Made by a program: the position numbers and the translations under genes | Part shown: one piece after another, positions 52,935 to 63,083 of the stretch | Position numbering within the stretch: the first letter of the stretch is position 1 | Layout of the letters: every line of letters begins with the position of its first letter | NCBI GenBank assembly: GCA_002104905.1 | Contig: MCFE01000002.1 | Span: 248,001 to 312,000, forward strand | Direction: 5' to 3' | Source of the DNA: Basidiobolus meristosporus CBS 931.73 | Lineage: Eukaryota; Fungi; Basidiobolomycota | DNA length: 64,000 nt | The notes under the pieces: model-generated | What the model was told of the DNA's origin: nothing | Databases searched by the model: none | Seen by the model: only the letters and a program-made list of their open reading frames with translations

Positions 52935-54320
52935 TGTTGTAAAAATTTGTAATTCCACCTAAATATTCACCTAACTTAGTCACTTAGATCATTACATTCA
53001 AATCCTAGAGAATACTGACCAAATTCCTTGTTGGGATTTACTTAGAATATTTACCCAGAACATGAAAATTAGATAAGTTGTCCAAACAGCCCCAAACTTT
53101 GCTCACATGCTCTTGGGACCTTTCTTAACCTATTCTAAGTGTTTGTTATGCCAAGACCATTTAAAAGTATAAATACCACTTTTACATTGAATAAATCATT
53201 AAGTGAAAGCCACATAATCTACTCATCCTCCCAATCACTTCCAATATCTCCAAGACTCTTAAAGCAGGTTGTGAGCCCCAAGCGGTCGCTCTCTGCAATG
53301 TCTACTACTGCTACTACTGGAATTTTTCCATCTGCTGAAAAGTTGGATGGATCTAACTACCAAGTGTGGAAGGTGAAGATGAAGATGCTGCTACAAGAAA
53401 GAGGCCTTTGTGATATTGCCATGGGCAAAGAATGCCCTCCTAAAAGTGTGGGAGCGGAAGACTTAAAGTACCAGAAGAAAGAACAAAGTGCCTTTAACTG
53501 CATTTGCCTTAATGTTAAAGACAAATTGCTCATTCAATGCTCAAGAGCAAAAATGGCAAAGAATGCCTGGAAGGCATTAGAAGACACCTACCAGTCATGT
53601 TCAGCTGCTAAGAAAATGTAACCAAGTCAAAAACTCTTTACTACAAAGATGCAGCCAGGAGAAGAAATGAAAAATCTAATTAACAGAAATACCCTGCCGG
53701 TAGATGAAATGGAATCTGTGGGTGTATCAACTACTGATGAGGTTGTGATAGTTACCATCCTGAATAACCTGACAGATGAGTTTCAGGGCCTTGTATCAGC
53801 CCTAGAGTCCAGAACTGAAGATTTGACCTTAATTTACATATATGGAAGGCTCTTGGATGAACAATTAAGAAAATCAAGCGCCAATCAGAAGGAAGTAGAA
53901 AATGCTTTAATAAGCAATGATAACCAACAAAGGAGGTACCCAAGACCCTACAATAGCAGCAGCAACCTGTTTTGCAACTACTGCAAAAGGAAAAGACACA
54001 CATCAGACTGGTGTCTCAAAAAGAGAGATAATCAGCAAAAGAAGCCTGAATATGGAAATGCAGCAACAACTGAAGATAGACTATACATATCTGCACTAAA
54101 TATGGCCACAAGCAAGGATTCTCAGATGTGGTACATTGACTCTGGAGCATCTCAGCACTTTACAAACCAAAAAGAGCTTTTTACCCAATTTCAACAAATT
54201 CCAATTAAGAAGGTTTTCCTGGGTGACAATGGAACACTTGATGCAGTGGAAGAAGGAACTAACCAAGTAAACCTTAGAAGCAGTGAAGGAAGCCATACAC
54301 TAACCTTGAAAGAAGTACTC
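52935..54320 (+). pseudogene. Decayed, 3'-truncated Ty1/copia copy: 5' LTR 52935-53266, mutated PBS, gag-protease with a nonsense codon
   Basis: Colinear with the intact element at 55110; PBS GGTTGTGAGCCC; gag ATG 53298; TAA at 53619-53621; similarity ends after AAAGAAGTACTC at 54320. Confidence 0.9.
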
Positions 54321-55104
54321 AGCTTCTTCTTCACAACTGGTTGCATAGAAAGGGACCAGGCTGGGTGGTCAGAGGCTCTCAAGGATCCTAGCTCAGCTCC
54401 AGAGAATTGCTTAACTTCATTCACAAAGTAGAGGGCAGCAGCAGAAGGGCAGATCCAGTCAACACATCTTTTCTCAGATTGAGCACCTAGTGCTAGCAGA
54501 TGGCTTTCTCTCAGGAAGTTCAATAGGAATGTAGATCTTGGCTTCATTCTTGCAGTCAGAGTAGTCTTGTTCTCAGGATGGTGAATGTTGAGATCTCCAA
54601 GCAAGATAACAGGTGTTGATATAGATTGCTGGTATTGCTGAACTTTCTGGCATATAACTTGCACTTCCTGAAGGGCAAGACTTGGAGGCAGATAGCAGAG
54701 CACCAGACTGATAGTTGGCAACTGGAGAGCAGCACAGTAAGGGGAGTAAAGAGGAACACAGAGCTGAGGAGTATTGATGGTAGAAGAGATGAAGCAGATG
54801 GAGGAGGTATTCTTTGTTCTAGGAGTAGAAAAGTAATATAGATTAGTCAAAAGTATAGAGGGTAGCTGGACATCAATCAAACACAGGAGGGAAAGTTTTG
54901 AAAGAAGTCTCTCTAGAGTTGGTCTTGATGGCTGTATGCTGTTGCAGTTAAGCAACAGAACTTCAGGTAGTCAGGCAGAGGTTGTAGCTTCTTCAGAGGC
55001 AGCATTGACAATGTGACCTGCAGAGTCCCAGAGCTCTTCAAATGGTGCATCACTTAAGTCAGCAAGGAGAGAAATGGCATGATTCTTGAGGAAGTATGCC
55101 ACAT
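54321..55104 (-). mobile_element. Non-LTR (LINE) fragment C, proximal part: ORF1 C-terminus (stop TGA 54971-54973) followed by an APE-type endonuclease
   Basis: LLLNCNSI, LCLIDVQ, CYLPPS, ILLGDLNIHH, VDWI and SDH are APE endonuclease motifs; truncated at the junction with the decayed copia. Confidence 0.8.
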
Positions 55105-55109
55105 CATAG

Positions 55110-55458
55110 TGTTGTAAAAATTCGTATTTTCACCTAAATATTCACCTAACTTAGTCACTTAGATCATCATCTTCAAATCCTAGAGAATACTGACCAAATT
55201 CCTTGTCGGGATTTACTTAGAATATTTTCACCAAAATACCAGGTACCCAGAACATGAAAATTCTCAAAGTTGTCCAAACAGCCCCAAACTTTGCACACAT
55301 GTTCTTGGGACCTTCCTTAACCTATTCTACGTGTTTGTAATGCCAAGACCTTGTAAAAGTATAAATACTACTTTTACATTCAATAAATCATTAAGTGAAA
55401 ACCACATAATCTACTTGTTCTCCCAATCACTTCCAATATCTCCAAGACTCTTACAACA
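55110..55458 (+). repeat. 5' LTR (349 bp)
   Basis: Identical to 59446-59794 except T55351 versus A59687. Confidence 0.97.
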
Positions 55459-55470
55459 GGTTATGAGCCC
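55459..55470 (+). promoter_or_regulatory. Primer-binding site complementary to the anticodon stem-loop of initiator tRNA-Met
   Basis: GGTTATGAGCCC directly after the LTR is the reverse complement of GGGCUCAUAACC of tRNAiMet, as in Ty5/copia. Confidence 0.9.
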
Positions 55471-55489
55471 CGAGCTGTCACTCTCTGCA

Positions 55490-58400
55490 ATGTCTACTAC
55501 TGCTATTACTGGAATTTTTCCCTCTGCTGAAAAGTTGGATGGATCTAACTACCAAGTGTGGAAGGTGAAGATGAAGATGCTGCTACAAGAAAGAGGCCTT
55601 TGGGATATTGTCATGGGAGAAGAATGCCCTCCTAAAAACGTGGGAGAGGAAGCCTTGAAGTACCAGAAGAAAGAACAAAGTGCCTTTAACTGCATTTGCC
55701 TTAATGTCAAGGACAAATTGCTAATTCAATGCTCAAGAGAAAAAACGGCAAAGAATGCCTGGAAAGCATTAGAAGACACCTACCAGTCATGTTCAGCTGC
55801 CAAGAAAATGTATCTGAGAAGAAAATTCTTTACTACAAAGATGCTGCCAGGAGAAGAAATGAAAAATCTAATTAACAGAATTACCCTGCTGGTAGATGAG
55901 ATGGAATCTGTGGGCGTACCAACTACTGATGAGGATGTGATAGTTACCATCCTGAATAGCCTGACAGACGAGTTTCAGGGCCTTGTATCAGCCCTAGAGT
56001 CCAGAACTGAAGATTTGACCTTAAATTACGTATATGGAAGGCTCCTGGATGAAGAATTAAGAAAATCAAGCGCCAATAAGAAGGAAGAAGAAAATGCTTT
56101 AATAAGCAATGATAACCAACAAAGGAGGTACCCAAGACCCTACAAAGGCAACAGCAACCTATTTTGCAACTACTGCAAAAGGAAAGGACACACATCAGAC
56201 CGGTGTTTCAAAAAGAGAGATTATCAGCAAAAGAAGCCTGAATATGGAAATGCTGTAACAACTGAAGATAGACTATTCATATCTGCACTAAATATGACCA
56301 CAAACAAGGATTCTCAGACGTGGTATATTGACTCTGGAGCTTCTCAACACTTTACACACCAAAAAGAACTTTTTACCCAATATCAAGAAATTCCAATTAA
56401 GAAGGTTTTCATGGGTGACGATAGAACACTTGATGCAGTGGGAGAAGGAACTATCCAAGTAAACCTTAGAAGCAGTGAAGGAAGCCATACACTGACCTTT
56501 AAAGAAGTACTCTATGTACCAGAAATAGCCAAGAACCTACTCTCTGTAAGCAAGGCCACAGCAGAAGGACTCAGTTTCAGTTTTGACAATTCTGGATGCA
56601 GGATCACTGATCAAAATGGTGCCCATATTGCTTCGGGCATCAGAGATCAGAACCTATACAAGTTGACTTATATTCCATCATATCTGGAAGCCAATATAAG
56701 TAACTTAAATGAAGAAACACCAATGCTTTGGCACAGGAGATTTGGACACATCAATTTTGATTATTTGCGTAAAATGATCAAAGATCAGCTAATTTCTGGA
56801 GTGAAAATTGATCCCCCAGCTATTTTGGAGCACTGTGAAGCCTGCATATATGGGAAACAAGCCAGACAACCGTTCAAGAGCTCTGGGTTAATCAAAACTA
56901 AGAAAAAATTAGATCTAATTCACTCAGATCTGTGTGGACCTATGCAAAATTTATCCTTAGGCGGGATGAAGTATTTAATCACTTTTATTGATGATTATAC
57001 AAGATACACATGGGTCTACTTCATGGAGAGAAAGGAAGAAGCTCTGTCTAAGCTCAGGGAGTTCAAAGCCATGGTGGAGAGAGAAACTGGTGAAAAAATC
57101 AAGAAAATACGCTCTGACAATGGTGGAGAATATACCTCAAAACTCTTCATCCACTTCTGCAAAATTCATGGGATAAAGCAAGAGACTACTGTACCATACT
57201 CCCCACAGCAAAATGGAGTAGCAGAACGAGCTAACAGATCAATAATTGATATGGCAAGATCTATGATCCATGATCAAAAATTATCCTATGATTTTTGGGC
57301 GGAATCAGTTGCCACTGCTGTATATCTTAAAAATAGGAGTTATAACAGAATACTTCGTGATTCTACTCCATTTGAAGCATGGTATGGATACAGACCAAGT
57401 GCAGAACATCTAAGAATATTTGGGTGTACAGCATATGCCAAAAAACTGGCCGGAAATCAGTCAAAATTTGAGCCAAAAAGTGTAAAATGCATATTTTTGG
57501 GCTACTGCAATGAGAGTAAGGCATACAGACTCTACAATACCAAAGCAAAGAAGCTGATCAAGTCCAGGGATGTGTTGTTTGATGAAAATTCAAAATTTTC
57601 ACAAAAAATGACATCAGATGATGACGAAAATTTGATCTCAAGTCCACCAATTGTCAGGATTGAATCAGAGCAAAACAATGAAAACTTTTTCACTCCAGAG
57701 GACTCTACAACCGTGGTTCAGCCAGAATCAGTGCCCAGGAATATCCCAGAAGTGATCATTCCAGTATCAAATGCCCGGAGATCCAATCGGACAAGAAATA
57801 GCCCAAATTACTATATCAATGAGGGTACAAACTTAGCCTATGCCTATTCAGTCCATATTGATGAACCCCAGACTGTAAAAGAGGCCCTAAATAGCCCTCA
57901 GACGAAGTTTTGGAGATCTGCAATGACTGAGGAATATCAGGCACTGATGGAAAATCAAACTTGGGACTTAGTCAAATTACCAATCAACCGAAAATCAATT
58001 GGATGCAGATGGGTCTTCAAGACAAAATACAAGGCTGATGGTACAATTGAAAGATACAAAGCAAGACTTGTAGCCAAAGGATACTCTCAAACAAAAGGAC
58101 TTGACTATACTGAGACCTTTGCACTGGTAGCCAAGTTTAATTCCATCAGATTAATATTGGCTATTGCAGCCAAATATAAGTTTTTTATTCATCAAATGGA
58201 TGTAAAAACTGCATTTTTGAATGGAGAACTTGATGAGGACGTGTATATGGACCAGCCTGATGGGTTTGTGGACCAAGATAACCCCCATTTGGTCTGCAAG
58301 CTTAAAAAGTCACTATATGGTCTCAAACAATCACCGAGAGCCTGGAATTGCAAGATAGATTCTTATTTGGAATCTTTGAGTTTCAAAAGGAGTAATGCTG

Positions 58401-59434
58401 ACTATAGTATATACTATAAGCCAGATAGAGCAAATCCAGTTCTATTAGCTCTATATGTGGATGATCTTATTATAGCCGCCAATAACCTAGAAACATTGGA
58501 AGAGACTAAATCCAGCCTATCTAAGGAGTTCAAGATGTCCGATCTAGGAGAACTTAGTTACTACTTAGGGATTAAGTTCTCCATAGACAGAAGTACCCAG
58601 ACTATTACCCTAAGCCAATCCAAGTATATTCAAGATATACTAAAGAAGTACAAAATGGAAGACTGTAAACCGGCAGCTACCCCAATGGAGACAAACCTTA
58701 ACTTGGTCAAAACTCAACCAAATCAAGAGAGCTTGGTGCCATCTGAAAGCCCTGACTTTCCTTATCAATCTATGGTCGGCAGTCTGATGTATATCATGCT
58801 TGGAACACGTCCAGATATCTCATATTCAGTGGGAGTTGTCAGCCAACATAATCAGAATTATGGATCTGATCATATTGCAGCAGTTAAGCGGATTTTTAGA
58901 TACCTAAAAGGAACTGCTGATATCTGCTTAAGATACACTTATAAGGATTCAGAACAGGATCTTGTGGGATACTCTGATGCTGATTGGGGACGAAATTTAG
59001 AAGACAGAAGATCCACCACAGGATACACCTTTCTTTACTGTAAAGGAGCCATTTCATGGAATTCAAGAAAGCAACCAACCGTAGCACTTTCCACCACAGA
59101 GGCAGAGTATATGGCAGCCTGTGAAGCTACAAAAGAAGCAATGTGGTTAAGAAAGCTCTTTACAGATTTAGGCCTATGTCAAAAAACGCCTATTACTTTA
59201 TTTCAAGATAATCAAGGATGTATACAATTAGGTAGAAATCCAACTTTTCATGCTAGAACCAAGCACATAGATATTAGACATCATTTCATACGTGAAGCTA
59301 TAGAGAATAACTTAGTTAGCTTAGTTTACTGTCCTACAGATGAAATGATTGCAGACATATTTACCAAACCATTAGCTAGAGACAAGTTTGAATATCTTAG
59401 GTCAAAATTAGGACTAGTCAGTATGAACATTTAG
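55490..59434 (+). CDS. Copia Gag-Pol polyprotein (Gag-CCHC, PR, IN, RT, RNase H), 1314 aa from ATG 55490
   Basis: CNYCKRKGHTSDRC; WYIDSGASQH; LWHRRFGH...CEACIYGKQ; HSDLCGP, RSDNGGEY, QQNGVAER; QMDVKTAFLNG, LYVDD; YSDADW, TTEAEY, TKHIDIRHHF. Domain order PR-IN-RT-RH. Confidence 0.98.
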   Translation: MSTTAITGIFPSAEKLDGSNYQVWKVKMKMLLQERGLWDIVMGEECPPKNVGEEALKYQKKEQSAFNCICLNVKDKLLIQCSREKTAKNAWKALEDTYQSCSAAKKMYLRRKFFTTKMLPGEEMKNLINRITLLVDEMESVGVPTTDEDVIVTILNSLTDEFQGLVSALESRTEDLTLNYVYGRLLDEELRKSSANKKEEENALISNDNQQRRYPRPYKGNSNLFCNYCKRKGHTSDRCFKKRDYQQKKPEYGNAVTTEDRLFISALNMTTNKDSQTWYIDSGASQHFTHQKELFTQYQEIPIKKVFMGDDRTLDAVGEGTIQVNLRSSEGSHTLTFKEVLYVPEIAKNLLSVSKATAEGLSFSFDNSGCRITDQNGAHIASGIRDQNLYKLTYIPSYLEANISNLNEETPMLWHRRFGHINFDYLRKMIKDQLISGVKIDPPAILEHCEACIYGKQARQPFKSSGLIKTKKKLDLIHSDLCGPMQNLSLGGMKYLITFIDDYTRYTWVYFMERKEEALSKLREFKAMVERETGEKIKKIRSDNGGEYTSKLFIHFCKIHGIKQETTVPYSPQQNGVAERANRSIIDMARSMIHDQKLSYDFWAESVATAVYLKNRSYNRILRDSTPFEAWYGYRPSAEHLRIFGCTAYAKKLAGNQSKFEPKSVKCIFLGYCNESKAYRLYNTKAKKLIKSRDVLFDENSKFSQKMTSDDDENLISSPPIVRIESEQNNENFFTPEDSTTVVQPESVPRNIPEVIIPVSNARRSNRTRNSPNYYINEGTNLAYAYSVHIDEPQTVKEALNSPQTKFWRSAMTEEYQALMENQTWDLVKLPINRKSIGCRWVFKTKYKADGTIERYKARLVAKGYSQTKGLDYTETFALVAKFNSIRLILAIAAKYKFFIHQMDVKTAFLNGELDEDVYMDQPDGFVDQDNPHLVCKLKKSLYGLKQSPRAWNCKIDSYLESLSFKRSNADYSIYYKPDRANPVLLALYVDDLIIAANNLETLEETKSSLSKEFKMSDLGELSYYLGIKFSIDRSTQTITLSQSKYIQDILKKYKMEDCKPAATPMETNLNLVKTQPNQESLVPSESPDFPYQSMVGSLMYIMLGTRPDISYSVGVVSQHNQNYGSDHIAAVKRIFRYLKGTADICLRYTYKDSEQDLVGYSDADWGRNLEDRRSTTGYTFLYCKGAISWNSRKQPTVALSTTEAEYMAACEATKEAMWLRKLFTDLGLCQKTPITLFQDNQGCIQLGRNPTFHARTKHIDIRHHFIREAIENNLVSLVYCPTDEMIADIFTKPLARDKFEYLRSKLGLVSMNI

Positions 59435-59436
59435 CT

Positions 59437-59445
59437 GAGTGGGAG
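59437..59445 (+). promoter_or_regulatory. Polypurine tract
   Basis: GAGTGGGAG immediately before the 3' LTR. Confidence 0.8.
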
Positions 59446-59794
59446 TGTTGTAAAAATTCGTATTTTCACCTAAATATTCACCTAACTTAGTCACTTAGAT
59501 CATCATCTTCAAATCCTAGAGAATACTGACCAAATTCCTTGTCGGGATTTACTTAGAATATTTTCACCAAAATACCAGGTACCCAGAACATGAAAATTCT
59601 CAAAGTTGTCCAAACAGCCCCAAACTTTGCACACATGTTCTTGGGACCTTCCTTAACCTATTCTACGTGTTTGTAATGCCAAGACCATGTAAAAGTATAA
59701 ATACTACTTTTACATTCAATAAATCATTAAGTGAAAACCACATAATCTACTTGTTCTCCCAATCACTTCCAATATCTCCAAGACTCTTACAACA
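59446..59794 (+). repeat. 3' LTR (349 bp)
   Basis: Matches the 5' LTR and is followed by TSD CATAG. Confidence 0.97.
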
Positions 59795-59799
59795 CATAG

Positions 59800-59876
59800 G
59801 AGGCTTGTCTCTTGATGCAGCAAAGAAAGACAGAATGCAACATGAGCTGGAGGCTTGTTGACAGTAGAGAGTCAGG
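59800..59876 (-). mobile_element. LINE fragment C, distal part (5'-truncated ORF1), capped by TTAGGG at 59877-59882
   Basis: Removing the copia and one TSD restores a continuous minus-strand frame ...LCCIKRQASYDVAYFLKNHAISLLADL... into 55104. Confidence 0.75.
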
Positions 59877-59882
59877 TTAGGG

Positions 59883-61476
59883 AGGGAAAGTCACCAAGTT
59901 GGTGAAATCTTTATTTGGTTAAGAACTAATCTAAGTACAAATAAAGAAGCCAATTAAGGGTCTAGAACCTCTCTAATAAGTAATCTAATTTATGTTTTGT
60001 TTCATCTCTAATGTTTGTTTCAATAAAGTAAAGCTCATCAGGGGTAAATATAAAATTCAGGGGTTTTGGGGGAAGTACAAATTGTAGATATTTCTGATCA
60101 ATATAATCAAGACTGGAACCCAGCCTGGGATTAGGTGTAGTAGGAAAGGTGTGTGGACTTGTAAGTAGCTCTGCCACATAGATCTTAGATGGTCCTGAGC
60201 CAGTAGTCTTGGTTTCTCAGCTTTTTGAAGTTTTGAAGCAAGCTCTGTTACTACAGCAGAGCCAACCAGGGTGTGCCAGCAAGAAGATTTCAGGGAGGAG
60301 TTAGATTGAAGCCATTGTTTGATGGAGGGGTTATGTGATTTCTGAAGTTTGACTAGGAAGGAAGCCCGGAGATAGATCATTCGGATTTGGTATGGGTAGA
60401 ACCCAAAGGCTCCATTAGTTGCATGGATATAGGGAGATACTGGAAGATAAGGTACCAAGGATCTGATACACTGATGGAGAAATTTATCCAGGCGGTGAAG
60501 TTCTCTGGAGGTTAGGGGTATAATGTGGAGACCAAATTCAAGTACTGGCAGCACATACTGCTTCAGAAGTATAGGGATCTTTTGAATTGGAGTGTCTGGA
60601 GTGACTACTACCAGAAGCTTTTTGAGAGCCTGTTGGGCAAGACGGATCCTATTATTCAGGTGGAGCTTTGAGTCAATCCCATGTTGACAAAACGGCAGAC
60701 CTAGATATATTGCAGTTTGTTGTGGCAGAATGCTAGTGTTCTGTATAGTTGTAGTGCATCCAATTGGGACTGTCTTGGAAATTGAGAGTGAGAGGTTGTT
60801 GGCAGCCAAGTACTTCTCAATGATGGCAGTGTCTGCTATGGGATTAGGAGTAGCAATCTTGATATCATCCGCATAGAGAGTTAGTAGTGGATAGGGAGAG
60901 TCTGGTGAGGGGCCTTTTGGAAATAAAGGAAAGTCATGTAGGAATATCACAAATAGTAAGGGACCTAGTACAGATCCTTGGACTACTCCATTTTGAACCT
61001 CATAAGTCTCTGATGTGCAACTTGGATGCAAAATTTTGGCTGAGTTCTCACAAAATAGAGAACGTACAAGAAGGGTCATTGGTAGTGTGGTAACTGCTAA
61101 TAGCTTTCTCCAAAGCAGAGCTCTGTCCACAGAGTCAAAGGCTTTAGTAATGTCAAACAGAATGGTTGGCAATGAGAATTGAAGTGAATGATCATGGCTT
61201 AGCACTACAGCCATATCCAAGGAGAGTTTGGGCAAGAAGCCAAACTGAGAAGGATGGAATGGATATAGTTGAGATTGCAAGGATCTTGCTATCATAAGCT
61301 CAAAGATTTTCCGGCAGGTTGGTAGGAGTGAAACTGGCCGGTAAGAACCTGGGAGTGAGTGTTTCCCCTTCCCTTTGTATAAGGGTATTACATTTGCCTG
61401 TGACCAGGCCTTTGGGGTAGTCAATTGTTGGGCACAGATAGAGTAGAATGGGAGAAGTAAGTGACTCATTTTGGAG
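59883..61476 (-). mobile_element. Telomere-associated LINE unit B: RT plus C-terminus and 3' UTR, with a 1-nt frameshift near 60140
   Basis: YRPVSLL, QFGF, LFDITKAFDSV, GVVQGSVLGP, YADD and YLG; the C-terminus continues in the 59962-60177 frame; the 3' end carries the shared tail (+strand GGAAAGTCACCAAGTTGGTGAAATCTTTATTT). Confidence 0.88.
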
Positions 61477-61483
61477 TAGGGGG

Positions 61484-63073
61484 AGACAGTCACCAACTGG
61501 TGAAATCTTTATTTCAGTTGAAACAAAGAAGCCAGCGCTACTGTTGTAGCTTTGATACAAGAGTGTGTAGCTGAGGGGAATTTGTAGGTAAGTTAATAAG
61601 AAGTGATGATAGCTCTTCAGTGCTCAAGACACTGTTCAGTGGGAAGGGGGGTAGCAAGAGAGGTAAGAATGACTTGTGAACAACATTAATGAAGGGAATG
61701 TGATAAGGATTGATATTCATCATAAATGGAGTGTGCTGCTGCAGATATTGCTGCCAAAGGTCTGTCAAGTACTTCAGGTAGGCCAGCTTGGGTTTTTCTG
61801 ACTGCAGAATAAAGTGAGCAAACTTCTTGACTTCAGGATCTCCAAGTATAGTTCTCCAGCAGGAGCCAGGTGTTGTGTGGTGTGTTCTCTTCCAGGCCTT
61901 AATCAGTGGGTTGTTGCAGTTGTGAAGTCTGAGGTATAATCTGGTTCTAAGGTAGAGAAGTCTGATCTTATAGGGCATAAACCCAAAAGCACCAAGAATA
62001 GCATGTCTGTAGGGGCATTCAGGCAAATGAGGCACCAAGGAGGTAATGCACCATACTGCAAACTTGTCAAGCTTAGTGCAGTCTCTAGAAGTAAGAGAGA
62101 GAAGTGGTAAGCCAAATTCCAGGACAGGGAAGACAAACTGCTTGAGTAGAAGGAGGCAGCTGGGAGCTGAAGTTGTAGGAGGAGTAACAGCCAACAGCTT
62201 GTGGAGTGCCTGTCTTGCAAGGATAATTCTCTTCTTCAGGTGTGCTCCAGAGTCTAGTCCAGTAGGAAGGAAAGGAAAGCCAAGATATGTAGCAGAAACC
62301 TGAGCAGGTAGAGTGGAGTTCTCCAAGATGATGGGAGAGCCCAAAGGTACTGTCTTTGCAATGGAAAGCTGGAGATTATTCTTCTGCAGATACTGGTGGA
62401 TGGTCTGGGAGTCTTGTTGCACATTGGAGGAGGATATTCTGATGTCATCAGCAAAGAGAGTAACCAGGCAGTCAGCTGAGAGTCTTGGGAAGTCATTCAG
62501 GAAGATGGCAAACAGTATAGGACCAAGCACAGAGCCTTGAACCACTCCATTAGGAACTGAGAACACAGCTGATTGCTCACTTGGGTGCAGAATTCTTGCT
62601 TGTGGATCCAGAAACAGAGACCTGACAAGGAGGGTGAGAGAGGTACTGGAGAAGCATTGCAACTTGGACCAAAGCAGATTTCTGTCAACTGAATCAAGGG
62701 CCTTAGTAATATCAAACAGAACAGAGGGATACTTGCACTGGAGAGAGTGATCTTGGCTAAGTATGACTGCATATTCCAAGAAGAGGCCAGGAACAAAGCC
62801 AAACTGTGCAGGATGAAACTTGAGGGAGTCAGAGTAGAGCTCCTGAGCAAGCAGAAGCTCAAACACCTTTCTGCAGGTGGGCAGCAGAGATATTGGCCTG
62901 TAGGAGCTAGGATCCAGGTGCTTTCCTTTACCCTTATACAGTGGCAGAACATTTGCAAAGGACCATTCCTCAGGAGTAGAAAGCTGGGCTGAGCATTGCT
63001 GAAACAGTGGAAGCAGAAGTGCAGACATGGCCTTGGTACTAGTCTTCAGAAGCTCATAGGAGATTGTGTCCAC
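61484..63073 (-). mobile_element. Telomere-associated LINE unit A: uninterrupted 511-codon RT ORF (stop 61538-61540) plus ~55-nt 3' UTR
   Basis: YRPISLL, QFGF, LFDITKALDSV, GVVQGSVLGP, FADD and YLG; the ORF starts at GTG directly abutting TTAGGG; tail GACAGTCACCAACTGGTGAAATCTTTATTT. Confidence 0.9.
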
Positions 63074-63083
63074 TTAGGGGGGG

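Larger units (their letters stand above)
55110..59794 (+). mobile_element. Intact Ty1/copia LTR retrotransposon (Pseudoviridae, Hemivirus-type priming)
   Basis: LTRs at 55110-55458 and 59446-59794, TGTTGTAA...TTACAACA ends; 5-bp TSD CATAG at 55105-55109 and 59795-59799; single gag-pol ORF. Confidence 0.98.

Noticed and set aside
53139-53297. Apparent N-terminal extensions of gag (also 55331-55489 and 59667-59861)
   Set aside because: ORF-caller starts at GTG inside LTR sequence; the real start is the ATG after the PBS.
59883-63073. Telomerase (TERT) or Penelope-like RT
   Set aside because: YRPISLL, QFGF, GVVQGSVLGP and (F/Y)ADD are APE-clade LINE RT motifs; no TERT T/CP motifs or PLE-type features are seen.
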